Shown in pieces: positions 33,899-43,764 of a stretch of DNA of 64,000 bases. Made by a program: the position numbers and the translations under genes. Location: the NCBI GenBank assembly GCA_021816865.1, contig JAKAWX010000001.1:252739-316738 (forward strand), written 5' to 3'. Numbering within the stretch: position 1 is the first letter of the stretch; each line of letters opens with the position of its first letter. The notes under the pieces are model-generated. The model saw only the letters and a list, made by a program, of their open reading frames with translations, did not search any database and had not been told where the DNA came from. This DNA is from Thermoplasmata archaeon (GTDB lineage: Archaea > Thermoplasmatota > Thermoplasmata > Lutacidiplasmatales > UBA184).

Positions 33899-36800
33899 AT
33901 GAGCGTGGGGACCCGAACGCACGGGGCCCGCGGCGCCCACCTCTTCGCGGGCCTCGCCCGAGGGATCACCCGCCATCCGTGGTACCCGATCCTCTTCTGG
34001 GTCGTGCTCCTCCTCCTCACGCTCCCGTTCCTCTCGCGGCTGGGGTCGGTCACGACCAATTCGACGACCGATCTCCCGACCAACGCCCCGAGCGCGCAGG
34101 CGAGCGCGGAGCTCGCCCGCTACTTCCCGAACGCGTCCGGAGGGTCGTCGACGATCCTCCTCTTCTACGGACCGGACCTTACGAACCGAACGGGCCAGGC
34201 GGTCGTCACCGGCGTCGCCGCCGCCATCGCCGCCGACCGATCGCTCGTCGACGTCGCGGGCGTCTCGACCGTCTACTCCCAGTATGCCCTCTACCTCGCG
34301 GGGCAGGTCCGCATCGCGTCGGGAGTGCTCGCGGGCGCCGAGAGCGCGTCGCCGTCGCTGACGAGCGCCGTCAATAGCTCGGCGGCCCTCCTCTGGGGCC
34401 CTCCCGCACTTTTCCTCGCGACGTTCGAGTCGCTCGTCGCCGGCGGCACCTCCCCCGCGAACGCGAGCGCCCCGGCCTACGCGACGACGAACGCGAGCCT
34501 TGGGAACCCGGCCGCGTCGGCCGTCCTCTCCGCGTTCTACCCCGAGTTCAACGTCACGGCCCGGTGCTGGGCGAACCTCTCCTCGCTCGTGGCGTGCACG
34601 GACGCTTCCGCACGGACGGGCGAGGCGCCGCTCCTTCCCGTCCTCTTCCCGGCGGCCGCGCAGCCGGTCGCCGCCGCCACCCTCGCCGGCGTCGGCGTCG
34701 AGAACTCGACGGCATGGTCGGCCGTCCAGTCGGTCGCCGTCGGCCTCCTCGGCCCCGAGACCGGGACCGTCCCCGCGTTCCTGCGTACCGTTTGGGACGC
34801 CTTCCCGGGGCTCGTCGTCGGCCCCGCCGCCGCGTCGTCCTACGCGAACGCGACCGTCGCGAACGCCACGCTCGCGACCGAGCCGCTGCCCGTCCCCTTC
34901 GGGATCCGGGCGTCGTACGTGAACCCGGCGGGGACGGCGTCGATCGTCTCGGTCGACTTCACGCGACCCGACTCCTACACGGATCCGAACGGAGGGCAAC
35001 CGGTCTACGCCGACCTCAACCGGATCGACACCCTCGTGCCTGGGGTCGTCACCGCCCTCGATCCGAGCGGGGGGATCGCCTACGTCCAGACCGGGCCGGC
35101 CCCCCTCGACCTCCTCACGCAGACCTCGGTGGATTCCTCGATCGCGCTCGTCCTCCCGCTCACGGTCGGGCTGCTGCTGGCGATCGCCATGCTCTACTTC
35201 CGGTCGCCGCTCACCCCGATCCTCACGTTCGCCGCGCTCGGGATCGCGCTCGTCCTTGGCCTCGGGGGAACCGTCCTGATCGGCACGCTCGTCGGGCACG
35301 TCGACACGACCTCGATCACCCTCGAGGAGGTCTTCGTGCTCGGCGTCGGGACCGACTACTCGATCTTCCTGGTCGCCCGGTACCGGGAGGAGCTCATCCA
35401 CGGCCGGTCGTCCGACGAGGCGATCGCCGCCTCGCTCAGTTGGGCCGGCCAATCGGTGGCGACCAGCGGCTCGACCGCGATCATCGCGACCCTCGCGCTC
35501 GCGTTCAGCGGCGTCGCCCTCCTCGAGCAGTGGGGCCGCGTCCTCTCCCTCGCGATCCTCGTGACCATGCTCGTGTCGCTCACGATGGTCCCGGCGTTCT
35601 TGAAGCTCCTCGGCCCGCGGATCTTCTGGCCGACGCACGGCGAGCGGTTCGAGCGGCACGCCCGTCGCGTCGGAAGCCGTCTCCAGAACGAGTCGACGTA
35701 CTTCTATCGGGTCGGCCGCGCGACGCAGCGCCGCCCCCGCACGGTCGTCGCGGTCCTCCTCCTCGTCTCGATCCCCCTCGTCGCGGTCGCGCTCACGGCC
35801 CCGCTCTCCTACGACTTCTACGCGCAGCTCCCCGGCGGGCACCCCGCCACCCAAGGCCTGGCGGAGCTCGGCGTCCAGTTCGGGAACGGCTTCGCGGTGC
35901 CGTCGTTCGCCCTCGTCACCTTCGCGTCGCCGCTCGTCGTCGGGAACGCGACGAACGCGAGCGAGTTCGCCGACGTCGGGGCCCTGACGGACGTCGCGAA
36001 CGCGACGCCCGGGATCGCCGCCGTCCCGTCGCTCGTCGGCCCGTACGGAGCACCGCTCGCCGACTGGCAGAACCTCTCCCACCTCCCCGCGGCCACGCAG
36101 GCGAACCTCCTCGGCGTCCTCTCGGGCTTCGTCGGGACCGACAACCGGACCGTCCTGATCGACCTCGTTCCCTCGTCGACCGGCCTCTCGGGCGAGGCCG
36201 TGACCGCGGTCCAGGCCGTCGAGAAAGGGTTCGCCGCGTTCGCGGCGGGCCACCCGGCCGTCGTCGCGACCGCGTACGGCGGGGGGGCGCCGGTGATCCA
36301 CGACCTCTCCGTGCAGACCGCGACCGCGACCCTCTTCCTCATCCTCGCCGTCACGGTCGGACTGGTCGTCGTCCTCCTCGCGGTGCTCCGGTCGGCGATC
36401 ATTGCGCTCATGGCGGTCGCGACGATCGGGCTGTCGATCGCGTGGGCGTGGGCGGTGAGCTACCTCGTGTTCGACCTCGTCCTCGGCTTCCCGCTCTTCT
36501 TCTACGTCCAGACGCTCCTCATCATCCTGGTCCTCGGCCTCGGGATCGACTACAACATCTTCCTGCTCACCCGGGTCCGCGAGGAACGCCTCAAAGGACG
36601 GCCGTCGGGCGACGCCGCGGTCGAGGCGGTCGCGCGCACGGGTGGGATCATCACGGCCGCCGCGATCATCCTCGCGAGCGCCTTCGCCGCCCTCCTCGTC
36701 GGGTCGTTCACGCTGATCCGCGCGATCGGGTTCTCGGTCGCGGTCGCCGTGATCTTGGACGCGATGGTCGTGCGGACGTACCTCGTCCCCGCCTCGCTCC

Positions 36801-36925
36801 AGCTCCTCGGCGAGCGGGTCTGGAGCGTCTTCGGCCGGCGCCGCGCGCCGAAGACGCCTCCCCCGTCCGCTCCCGGCGCCCCACGACCCTCGGACGCGGC
36901 CGGCGACGGGTCGGGCGCCCCCTAG
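33899..36925 (+). CDS. MMPL/RND-superfamily membrane transporter
   Basis: Two repeats of a large extracytoplasmic domain plus a 5-6 TM bundle, with GTDYSIFLVARYREE and GIDYNIFLLTRVREE signatures. TTAT island ~26 nt upstream of the ATG. Confidence 0.85.
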   Translation: MSVGTRTHGARGAHLFAGLARGITRHPWYPILFWVVLLLLTLPFLSRLGSVTTNSTTDLPTNAPSAQASAELARYFPNASGGSSTILLFYGPDLTNRTGQAVVTGVAAAIAADRSLVDVAGVSTVYSQYALYLAGQVRIASGVLAGAESASPSLTSAVNSSAALLWGPPALFLATFESLVAGGTSPANASAPAYATTNASLGNPAASAVLSAFYPEFNVTARCWANLSSLVACTDASARTGEAPLLPVLFPAAAQPVAAATLAGVGVENSTAWSAVQSVAVGLLGPETGTVPAFLRTVWDAFPGLVVGPAAASSYANATVANATLATEPLPVPFGIRASYVNPAGTASIVSVDFTRPDSYTDPNGGQPVYADLNRIDTLVPGVVTALDPSGGIAYVQTGPAPLDLLTQTSVDSSIALVLPLTVGLLLAIAMLYFRSPLTPILTFAALGIALVLGLGGTVLIGTLVGHVDTTSITLEEVFVLGVGTDYSIFLVARYREELIHGRSSDEAIAASLSWAGQSVATSGSTAIIATLALAFSGVALLEQWGRVLSLAILVTMLVSLTMVPAFLKLLGPRIFWPTHGERFERHARRVGSRLQNESTYFYRVGRATQRRPRTVVAVLLLVSIPLVAVALTAPLSYDFYAQLPGGHPATQGLAELGVQFGNGFAVPSFALVTFASPLVVGNATNASEFADVGALTDVANATPGIAAVPSLVGPYGAPLADWQNLSHLPAATQANLLGVLSGFVGTDNRTVLIDLVPSSTGLSGEAVTAVQAVEKGFAAFAAGHPAVVATAYGGGAPVIHDLSVQTATATLFLILAVTVGLVVVLLAVLRSAIIALMAVATIGLSIAWAWAVSYLVFDLVLGFPLFFYVQTLLIILVLGLGIDYNIFLLTRVREERLKGRPSGDAAVEAVARTGGIITAAAIILASAFAALLVGSFTLIRAIGFSVAVAVILDAMVVRTYLVPASLQLLGERVWSVFGRRRAPKTPPPSAPGAPRPSDAAGDGSGAP

Positions 36926-37353
36926 AGGAACCGCGCGCGGGCGCGCTCGACGTGGCGGTCGGGCGAGCCGTCAACGACCTCGAGGACCTTCCCGGCGGCG
37001 TCGACGTGGAACGAGACGCGCCGCGCGACGCCGTGCGGCCCGAGGACGCCGTAGGCGGCGGCGACCGATTTCGACGCGTCCGCGATCAGCGGGAACGCCA
37101 GCCCGTACTTTCGGGCGAACGCTTTCTGGTCGGGGCAGTCGTCGGTGCTCACGCCGACGATGTGGACCTTCGCCCTTCGGAACTCCGCAAGGCGGTCCCG
37201 GAACCCCTTCGCCTCGGCGGTGCACCCCGGCGTGTCGGCCTTAGGGTAAAAATAGAGGACGACCGGCGCGCCGCGCAGCGAAGAGAGCTTGAACGGCGTA
37301 CCGTCCTGATCGGGCGCCTCGAACTCGGGAGCTGTCTCGCCGACCGCGACCAT
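36922..37353 (-). CDS. bcp: Thioredoxin-dependent thiol peroxidase (Bcp-type peroxiredoxin)
   Basis: APEFEAPDQDG..VVLYFYPKADTPGCTAEA active-site motif. AAATAG (minus) ~25 nt upstream of the ATG. Confidence 0.88.
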   Translation of the reverse strand: MVAVGETAPEFEAPDQDGTPFKLSSLRGAPVVLYFYPKADTPGCTAEAKGFRDRLAEFRRAKVHIVGVSTDDCPDQKAFARKYGLAFPLIADASKSVAAAYGVLGPHGVARRVSFHVDAAGKVLEVVDGSPDRHVERARARFL

Positions 37354-37412
37354 CGGGACGGTAGGGCCCCGGCGCTATTTCTGCTTGCGCGGCCGGCACA
37401 CGCCCGGCCCGG

Positions 37413-37649
37413 TCAGCCGGTCGCGACCGTCACGAGGGTCTCGGTCGACCGGATGCCCGGAACCCGCCGGATCCGGTGGACGACCGTGTCGAGCGCCGCG
37501 TTGATGTGCGCGGCCTCGACCTTGACGATGAGGTCGAACGGCCCCGTGACGGCCTGAACCTCGGTCACGCTCGGGATCGCGCGGATCCGCTTCAGCACGT
37601 CGTCGAGGCGGCCGACATCGGTTTCGATCAGGAGGTAGAGGGTCTCCAC
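37413..37649 (-). CDS. Stand-alone Lrp/AsnC-type RAM (ligand-binding) domain protein
   Basis: 78 aa, LLIETDVGRLDDVLKRIRAIPSVTEVQAVTGPFDLIVKVEA, beta-alpha-beta-beta-alpha-beta pattern, no HTH. Confidence 0.7.
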   Translation of the reverse strand: METLYLLIETDVGRLDDVLKRIRAIPSVTEVQAVTGPFDLIVKVEAAHINAALDTVVHRIRRVPGIRSTETLVTVATG

Positions 37650-37769
37650 GGGCAGCGCGGCCTCTACCGCGCCGGGAGGTCTTCAACCTAGCGACCGGGG
37701 CCGGCGGCGCCGCCCGGGGCCTCCGCCCGGGGCGCGAGCGTCATAGCCGAGGCCGAGGTGCGCCTACCG

Positions 37770-39599
37770 ATGAACGGACCCTCCTCCGACCCGTCGGCCC
37801 GCCTGCGGGCGTGGTTCGATTACCCCCGGTCCGTCCAGCCCTCGCCGAGCGCGGACGGGACGGCGGTCTATTTCGTCAGCGACCGCGGTGGCCATCCGGA
37901 GGCCTATAGGCTCGCGATGGGGGGCGGCGATCCCGTACCGTTCGTTCGTACGGGCGAGCGGGTCGGCCGGGTCCAGCCGTGCCCGTTCGCGAGCCGGATC
38001 CTGCTCTCGACCGACCGCGGCGGGGACGAGCACTGGGCGCTCTCCCTCTGGGCCCCGGACGGCTCCCGCCAGCGAGAGCTCACGGGGGACCCGACCCGGA
38101 TCCACGAGCCCGGGGCGTGGCGGGACGCCGACCGCTACGTCTTCTGCTCGAACGCCCGGGACGAGCGGTTCTTCGACCTCTACGAGGTCGATGTGGACCG
38201 CGCCGACGCGCCTCGACGGGTCCGAGAGGAGGACACGCTCCTCGGGATCGCGGCCGCCCGGGGCGATCGGCTGCTGCTCGAACGGCACCTCACCAACATC
38301 GACACGGACCTCCTCCTGCGCACGGGCTCGGAGGAACGCCTCCTCAACCCGCGCCCGTCCGAGGAGGCCGTCTTCGACGCCGACCTCACGGACGATGGGG
38401 CGTACGCGGCGTCCAACCCCGGCCGCGAGTTCGCCGGGCTCGTCCGCTACTCCTTCGCCGGAGGGTCGCCCGAGCTCCTCTTCGGGCCCGCCGGCGACGT
38501 CGAGCTCGTGCGCGCCGACCCCGCCGGACCGCGCGTCGCGGTCGCTTCGAACGACCGGGGGTACAGCCGGCTCTCGTTCGTCGGCCTCGACTCCTCGGAG
38601 GTCGTCGCCGTTCCCCTCCCCGTCGACGGCGTCATCGGTTCCGGAAGCTGGCTCGCGGACGGCTCGGGGTTCCTCTTCGACCTCAGCGCACCCTCGATCG
38701 GCGCCGAGATCTTCCTCGCCGACCGATCGGGCCGGTCCGTCCGCGCGCTTACGCGTAGCACCGTCCCGATGCCCGGAGCCGTGACCCCCCCGACGCTCGA
38801 GGCGTTCCGGGCGGAGGACGGGCTTCGCGTGGCCTACTGGGACCACCGGCCGGTGGGACCCGCGCGCGGCACGATCGTCCTCGTCCACGGCGGCCCCGAG
38901 TCCCAGGCGCGACCGTCTTTCTCGCCGCTCATCCAGTTCCTCGTCGGGGAAGGGTGGCGCACGGTCGTTCCGAACGTGCGGGGAAGTCTTGGCTACGGGC
39001 GGACGTTCCTGCACCTCGACGACGTCCGGCGGCGGATGGATTCGGTCCGAGACCTTCGCGACCTCGCGCACGCCCTCCGCGACCGCGCCGGGGCGCCCGT
39101 CGACCGGCCGTTCCCGCTCGGGATCATCGGGGGAAGCTACGGGGGATTCATGGTCCTGAGCGCGCTCACGACGTACCCCGACCTCTGGGCCGCCGGCGTC
39201 GACGTCGTCGGGATCTCGAACTTCGTCACGTTCCTCGAGCGGACGGGGCCCTGGCGCCGCAAGGTCCGGGAGGACGAGTACGGGAGCCTCGCGAACGACC
39301 GGGAGTTCCTCGTTTCGATCTCGCCGCTCCACCACGCCGACCGCATCCGGGCGCCGCTCCTCGTCGTACACGGCGCGAACGATCCCCGGGTGCCGATCTT
39401 CGAGGCCGAGCAGATCGTCGCGACGCTCGAGTCCCGCCGGGTCGCGGTCGAGTTCCTCCGGTTCGAGGACGAGGGCCATGGGCTCGTGCGACGGGAGAAC
39501 CAGGTGCACGCGTACGCCCGGGCCGCCGAGTTCTTCGAGCGATACCTCGGGGCGGGAGCGGCCGGTTCGGCTGCACCGGACCGCCCGGCGTCCCGGTAG
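37770..39599 (+). CDS. S9-family serine peptidase (prolyl oligopeptidase / acylaminoacyl-peptidase type)
   Basis: N-terminal beta-propeller-like region. GGSYGGFM nucleophile elbow, HGANDPRV and DEGHG catalytic residues. CATAG island ~26 nt upstream favours ATG 37770 over GTG 37758. Confidence 0.85.
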   Translation: MNGPSSDPSARLRAWFDYPRSVQPSPSADGTAVYFVSDRGGHPEAYRLAMGGGDPVPFVRTGERVGRVQPCPFASRILLSTDRGGDEHWALSLWAPDGSRQRELTGDPTRIHEPGAWRDADRYVFCSNARDERFFDLYEVDVDRADAPRRVREEDTLLGIAAARGDRLLLERHLTNIDTDLLLRTGSEERLLNPRPSEEAVFDADLTDDGAYAASNPGREFAGLVRYSFAGGSPELLFGPAGDVELVRADPAGPRVAVASNDRGYSRLSFVGLDSSEVVAVPLPVDGVIGSGSWLADGSGFLFDLSAPSIGAEIFLADRSGRSVRALTRSTVPMPGAVTPPTLEAFRAEDGLRVAYWDHRPVGPARGTIVLVHGGPESQARPSFSPLIQFLVGEGWRTVVPNVRGSLGYGRTFLHLDDVRRRMDSVRDLRDLAHALRDRAGAPVDRPFPLGIIGGSYGGFMVLSALTTYPDLWAAGVDVVGISNFVTFLERTGPWRRKVREDEYGSLANDREFLVSISPLHHADRIRAPLLVVHGANDPRVPIFEAEQIVATLESRRVAVEFLRFEDEGHGLVRRENQVHAYARAAEFFERYLGAGAAGSAAPDRPASR

Positions 39600-39667
39600 G
39601 CGGACCGGCGGTCGTCGATCTTCCGCCCAAAGAGTTAAGGGCGCTCGGCCCCCGACCGTCCGACGCG

Positions 39668-40897
39668 ATGACGTTGCGCATCCGGGATACCCTGTCGAAG
39701 CGCATCGTGCCGGTCGGCCACGCGCCGGGCCGCCCGGTCCGCATGTACGTCTGCGGGCCGACGGTCTACGCGCCGGCGCACGTCGGGCACGCCCGGACCT
39801 ACCTCTACTTCGACCTCATACGGCGCGCCTTCGCGGCGGACGGCGTCCCCGTCGAGCACGTGATGAACATCACGGACTTCGAAGAGAAGATCGACGCCCG
39901 CGCCGCGCTGCTCGGCGTCACCTGGCGGGCGCTCGCCCGCCGGGAGGAGGGCGCGTTCTTCCGGGACCTCGACGCGTTCGGGATCCTCCGGCCGACATAC
40001 CGGCCCCGGGCGAGCGACTTCATCCCGCGCATGGTCCGCGTGGCGGCCCGCCTCGCGAAAACCGGCCGCATCCGGCGCGACGGCGACCGATTCTACTACC
40101 ATCCCCCCGACCGCCCCCGAGGGGCGAACTTCCCGCTCGGCGCCGAGCTCGCCGAGCACGCCGTGATCGAGCCCGGCCACCCGTTCCCGACGCACGACAC
40201 CTCCGCCGGCGAGTTCGTGGTCTGGCAGCTCCAGAAACCTCCGCTCCCATCGTGGAAGGGTCCGTGGGGCGCGGGGATGCCGGGGTGGCACCTCGAGTGC
40301 TTCGCGATGGCCGAAGAGTACCTCGGCGTGCCGGTCGACCTCCACGGCGGGGGCCTCGACCTCGTCTACCCGCACCACTACTCGGAGAACGAGATCGCCC
40401 TCTCGCTCCTCCATCGTCCGTTCTCGCGCCGCTTCCTGCACACGGCGTTCGTCCTCCAGAACGGCTCGAAGATGTCGAAGTCGAAGGGCAACCTCACCAC
40501 GATCCGGGCGGCGATCGCCGAAGCCGACGCTCCCGGACTGCGCTGGTTCCTCGGCGAGCCCAGCTACACCGAGCGGGTCGAGTGGGACGTCCGACGCCTC
40601 AAGCGCGCGGCGGCCGAGCACGCGCGCATGCGAACCCTCGTGACGGGCTGGCTCCGGTCGGGGGTCGGCGGAGCCGTCGGGGCGCGCGAGGCGACCCGGC
40701 TCGTCGACGGGGTCCGACGCGACCTCGAGAACAACCTAAGGACCGGACGGGCGGCCGACCGGATCCGCGAGTTCGTCGCACGGCTCGAGTCCGACGGCCG
40801 CGGCGGGCTCCCGAGAGGCGAGCGGACGAAGGCGACCGCGGCGGTACGCGAGCTCGAGTTCCGGCTCGGCGTGCCGTTCCGCGGAGCGCCCCACTAG
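39668..40897 (+). CDS. cysS: Cysteine--tRNA ligase (divergent, short form)
   Basis: MYVCGPTVYAPAHVGHARTY (HIGH), NITDFEEKI, PGWHLEC, HGGGLDLVYPHHYSENE, KMSKSKGN (KMSKS). Only 409 aa. Confidence 0.75.
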   Translation: MTLRIRDTLSKRIVPVGHAPGRPVRMYVCGPTVYAPAHVGHARTYLYFDLIRRAFAADGVPVEHVMNITDFEEKIDARAALLGVTWRALARREEGAFFRDLDAFGILRPTYRPRASDFIPRMVRVAARLAKTGRIRRDGDRFYYHPPDRPRGANFPLGAELAEHAVIEPGHPFPTHDTSAGEFVVWQLQKPPLPSWKGPWGAGMPGWHLECFAMAEEYLGVPVDLHGGGLDLVYPHHYSENEIALSLLHRPFSRRFLHTAFVLQNGSKMSKSKGNLTTIRAAIAEADAPGLRWFLGEPSYTERVEWDVRRLKRAAAEHARMRTLVTGWLRSGVGGAVGAREATRLVDGVRRDLENNLRTGRAADRIREFVARLESDGRGGLPRGERTKATAAVRELEFRLGVPFRGAPH

Positions 40898-40898
40898 C

Positions 40899-42104
40899 CT
40901 AGAGCCCCGAACGGTCCACGACGACGCTCAACCCGTTCCCACCGCCCATGCAGAGCGTCGCGAGGCCGAGGCGGCCGTGCGAACGAACGAGCTCCTGCAC
41001 GAGGGTGACGACGATCCGAGCCCCGCTCGCGCCGATCGGGTGGCCTAGGGCGACCGCGCCGCCATGGACATTGAACTGCTCCTCGGTGAACCCGAACGCT
41101 CGCTGGACGGCGAGCGAAGCGGACGCGTACGCCTCGTTGTGCTCGACGCGGTCGAAATCGGACGGCACGAGGCCCGTCCGCTCGAGGTGCTTTCGCACCG
41201 TGGGGATCGGGGACTCCATGACGTCGCGCGGGTGCACTCCGCTCTCGGCCGACGAGTGGATCCAGCCGATCGGTCGCGCGCCGGTCCGCTCGACCTCCCT
41301 CGCGCTCGCGAGGACGAGGGCGGCGGCACCGTCGGAGAGCTTCGAGGAGTTTCCCGCGGTCAGGACCCCGTCCGGCGCGAACGCGGGCGGAAGGCGCGCG
41401 AGCTTCTCGAGCGTGGTGTCGGCCCGCGGCGCCTCGTCGTGGTCGAGCCCGGCCGAACGGGGGACGTCGCCCGCCGGAACGGGAACGATCTCGTTCGCGA
41501 ACGTCCCGGCGGCGGTCGCCCGCGACGCCCGGAGGTGGCTGCGCAACCCGAACGCGTCGACCTCGGCGCGGGTGAGACCGAGCTTGCGGGCGATACGTTC
41601 GCCCGTGAGGCCCATGATCTCGTGCTCGTCGTACGCGTCCACGAGCGCGTCGCGCTGCATCGCGTCCTCCAGCGTGTGCGGCCCGGGGAGGCTCCCCCAC
41701 CGCATCGCCCCCTCGAGGAGGTACGGGGAGCTCGACATGCTCTCCATCGCCCCGACCAGGAGACGGTCGGCCTCTCCGGCGCGGATCGTGGTCGCCCCGA
41801 GCTGGATCGCCTTCATGCCGGAGCCGCAGACCATGTTGATCGTCGCGGCGCCGACCGTGTCGGGGATCCCTGCCCCGCGCAGCACCTGGCGGGCGGGGTT
41901 CTGACCGGCCCCCGCCTGGATCGCCTGGCCGATCAGGACGCCCTCGATGTCGGCCGGAGCGAGGCCCGACCGTTCGATCGCCGCCCGCGCAACGTGCGTT
42001 CCCAGCCGCGTCGCGCTGACCGTCCGGAGCGCCCCGCCGAACCGGCCGATCGGCGTCCGGACCGCCGAGAGGATCGCGACCGAGGGCTTCGCGGGCGCCG
42101 TCAT
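40899..42104 (-). CDS. Acetyl-CoA C-acetyltransferase (thiolase II, bacterial/eukaryotic type)
   Basis: VAILSAVRTPIGRFGG, NMVCGSGMKAI (active Cys), NVHGGAVALGHPIGASGARI, CMGGGNG. ATTATGAA (minus) island 25 nt upstream. Confidence 0.9.
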   Translation of the reverse strand: MTAPAKPSVAILSAVRTPIGRFGGALRTVSATRLGTHVARAAIERSGLAPADIEGVLIGQAIQAGAGQNPARQVLRGAGIPDTVGAATINMVCGSGMKAIQLGATTIRAGEADRLLVGAMESMSSSPYLLEGAMRWGSLPGPHTLEDAMQRDALVDAYDEHEIMGLTGERIARKLGLTRAEVDAFGLRSHLRASRATAAGTFANEIVPVPAGDVPRSAGLDHDEAPRADTTLEKLARLPPAFAPDGVLTAGNSSKLSDGAAALVLASAREVERTGARPIGWIHSSAESGVHPRDVMESPIPTVRKHLERTGLVPSDFDRVEHNEAYASASLAVQRAFGFTEEQFNVHGGAVALGHPIGASGARIVVTLVQELVRSHGRLGLATLCMGGGNGLSVVVDRSGL

Positions 42105-42172
42105 GGGGCGCGGACCCGGACCTCGATTATGAAGCTAGCGGGGTCCGCCCGTCCGCGGGCGAGGGCCCGGGC

Positions 42173-42904
42173 TCATTCCTCTTCGACGCGCGGCGCGAGG
42201 AGGTAGCGGCCCTCGCCGCGTCCGCCTCCCATCGAGAATTCGACCTTGAGGGGGTACTCGTTCCCGACGTGCAGTGTCGCCTCGTCGGCGACCACCGACT
42301 TCACCATCGCCGAGAAGAAGTCGAGGGGGTACATGCTCTTCACCGTCTCCTTCGCCTCGAGGCGAGAGAGGCTCTCCTTTGGGATGCGGAGGTCGAGGCG
42401 GTCGGTGTCGCCCTCCGAATGCATCGTGAACGCCTCGGGCTCGAGCGTCAGCGTGACGTGGTCGGTAAAGCTCTCGCTGCCGCGGATCCCCTGGCGGATG
42501 TCCTCGGTCTTGACCGTGACGCTGGCGGGCGGGCTCACGTTCGGGACCTTGGGATCGGTGATCCCGGCCGGGTCGACGACCGCCATCTGGCGCGTGAGGC
42601 GTCCGACCCCGGCGACCAGCCGGTTCTTCCCGTCGAACTGCAGATCGATCACGTCCCCGGGCTTCGAGAGCCGGAGAACCTCCTTGAGCTTCTCGACGTC
42701 GACGCCGATCTCGGTCGGCTCGCCGGTGAACTCCTCGAAGACCCCTTTCTCGAGCTTGAGCACGAGCATCGCCACGTGCGACGGGTCGACGGCCTTCGCC
42801 TCGAGGCCATCCTTCGAGATGCTGAACTTGGCCTCGCTGACGAGCGTGGAGACGACCTCCACGACCTCCCGGAGGGTCTCCATCTTGATGCGGAGCTTGA
42901 ACAT
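42173..42904 (-). CDS. pcn: DNA polymerase sliding clamp PCNA
   Basis: ~243 aa, two-domain pattern, KFSISKDGLEAKAVDPSHVAMLVLKL, C-terminal acidic end. The first ATG downstream of the predicted TSS is 42904 (ORF opens at 42928). Confidence 0.85.
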   Translation of the reverse strand: MFKLRIKMETLREVVEVVSTLVSEAKFSISKDGLEAKAVDPSHVAMLVLKLEKGVFEEFTGEPTEIGVDVEKLKEVLRLSKPGDVIDLQFDGKNRLVAGVGRLTRQMAVVDPAGITDPKVPNVSPPASVTVKTEDIRQGIRGSESFTDHVTLTLEPEAFTMHSEGDTDRLDLRIPKESLSRLEAKETVKSMYPLDFFSAMVKSVVADEATLHVGNEYPLKVEFSMGGGRGEGRYLLAPRVEEE

Positions 42905-42936
42905 TCCGAGCCTCGGCGCGCGACACATCGGCCCCC

Positions 42937-42946
42937 TCTAAAAAGG
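42937..42946. promoter_or_regulatory. Shared A/T island between divergent pcn and alaX
   Basis: TCTAAAAAGG is the only A/T-rich stretch in the 80-nt divergent spacer. Confidence 0.4.
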
Positions 42947-42984
42947 TTGCTTGAGCGCGGGGCGCGGCGCAAGCCGTTTTCCCG

Positions 42985-43764
42985 TTGGCGGGCTCCCACC
43001 GGAACGTGACGGAGTTGGCCTACCTTGCCGACATGCCCTCGGCCTACATCCGAACCTTCCGAGCGCGCATCGTGTCGCTCCCGCCGGGCGGGGTCGTCCT
43101 CGGCCGGACGTTCTTCTATCCCGCCGGAGGAGGCCAGCCGGGCGACCGGGGCACGTTGCGCCTCGACGACGGCGCCGAGGTCGCGGTCGTCGACGTGGTG
43201 AGGTCCGGCCCGTCCGTCCTCCACCGGGTCCGGGCCCCTCCCGCCGTCGTGCACCGGCTCGGGGCGGGCGTCGAGGTCGAAGGGACCCTCGACTGGGAGC
43301 GCCGCTACCGACACATGCGGCTGCACACCGCCCAGCACCTTTTGAGCGCCCGGGTCTTCGTCCGTACCCGGCTGAGGACCCGCAAGGCGGTCCTCGGGGG
43401 GCTCCGGGCCACGATCGATCTCGAGGGCGCGCCGCCCCCGGGACTCGAGCGGGAGCTCGCGAACGACCTCGCGAGCGTCGTCGACGAGGATCGACCGGTC
43501 ACGATCCTCCAGGTCCCGCGGCGGGAGTGGGACCGCGAGCCCACCGCGGAGCGCAGCGGGCTGGTGCCGCTCCCGCCCCAGGTCGATCCGGTCCGCGTGA
43601 TCGCGATCGACCGGTCGGACGTCTGCCCGTGCGGAGGGACGCACGTCCGTTCGACCGGAGAGATCGGGCGAGTGACGGTCGAACCGGCGGTCCCCCTGCC
43701 CGACCGCGGCTCGAGGCTCACCGTCACGCTGGACGGTTCCGGGCCGCCCACTGCGTCCGCGTGA
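42985..43764 (+). CDS. alaX: Alanyl-tRNA editing protein AlaX (AlaX-M type)
   Basis: FFYPAGGGQPGDRG, HMRLHTAQHLLS (HxxxH) and CPCGGTHV (CxxxH) zinc motifs. Start is TTG 42985 or GTG 43006. Confidence 0.8.
   Translation: MAGSHRNVTELAYLADMPSAYIRTFRARIVSLPPGGVVLGRTFFYPAGGGQPGDRGTLRLDDGAEVAVVDVVRSGPSVLHRVRAPPAVVHRLGAGVEVEGTLDWERRYRHMRLHTAQHLLSARVFVRTRLRTRKAVLGGLRATIDLEGAPPPGLERELANDLASVVDEDRPVTILQVPRREWDREPTAERSGLVPLPPQVDPVRVIAIDRSDVCPCGGTHVRSTGEIGRVTVEPAVPLPDRGSRLTVTLDGSGPPTASA

Noticed and set aside
32789-36301. 1170-aa minus-strand ORF, the longest in the track
   Set aside because: It is antisense to the MMPL transporter and also covers the cbf5 3' end. The translation is monotonous R/D/E/G/P with no hydrophobic cores or motifs. 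GC3 bias and clear MMPL signatures support the plus strand. It is a typical high-GC antisense artefact.
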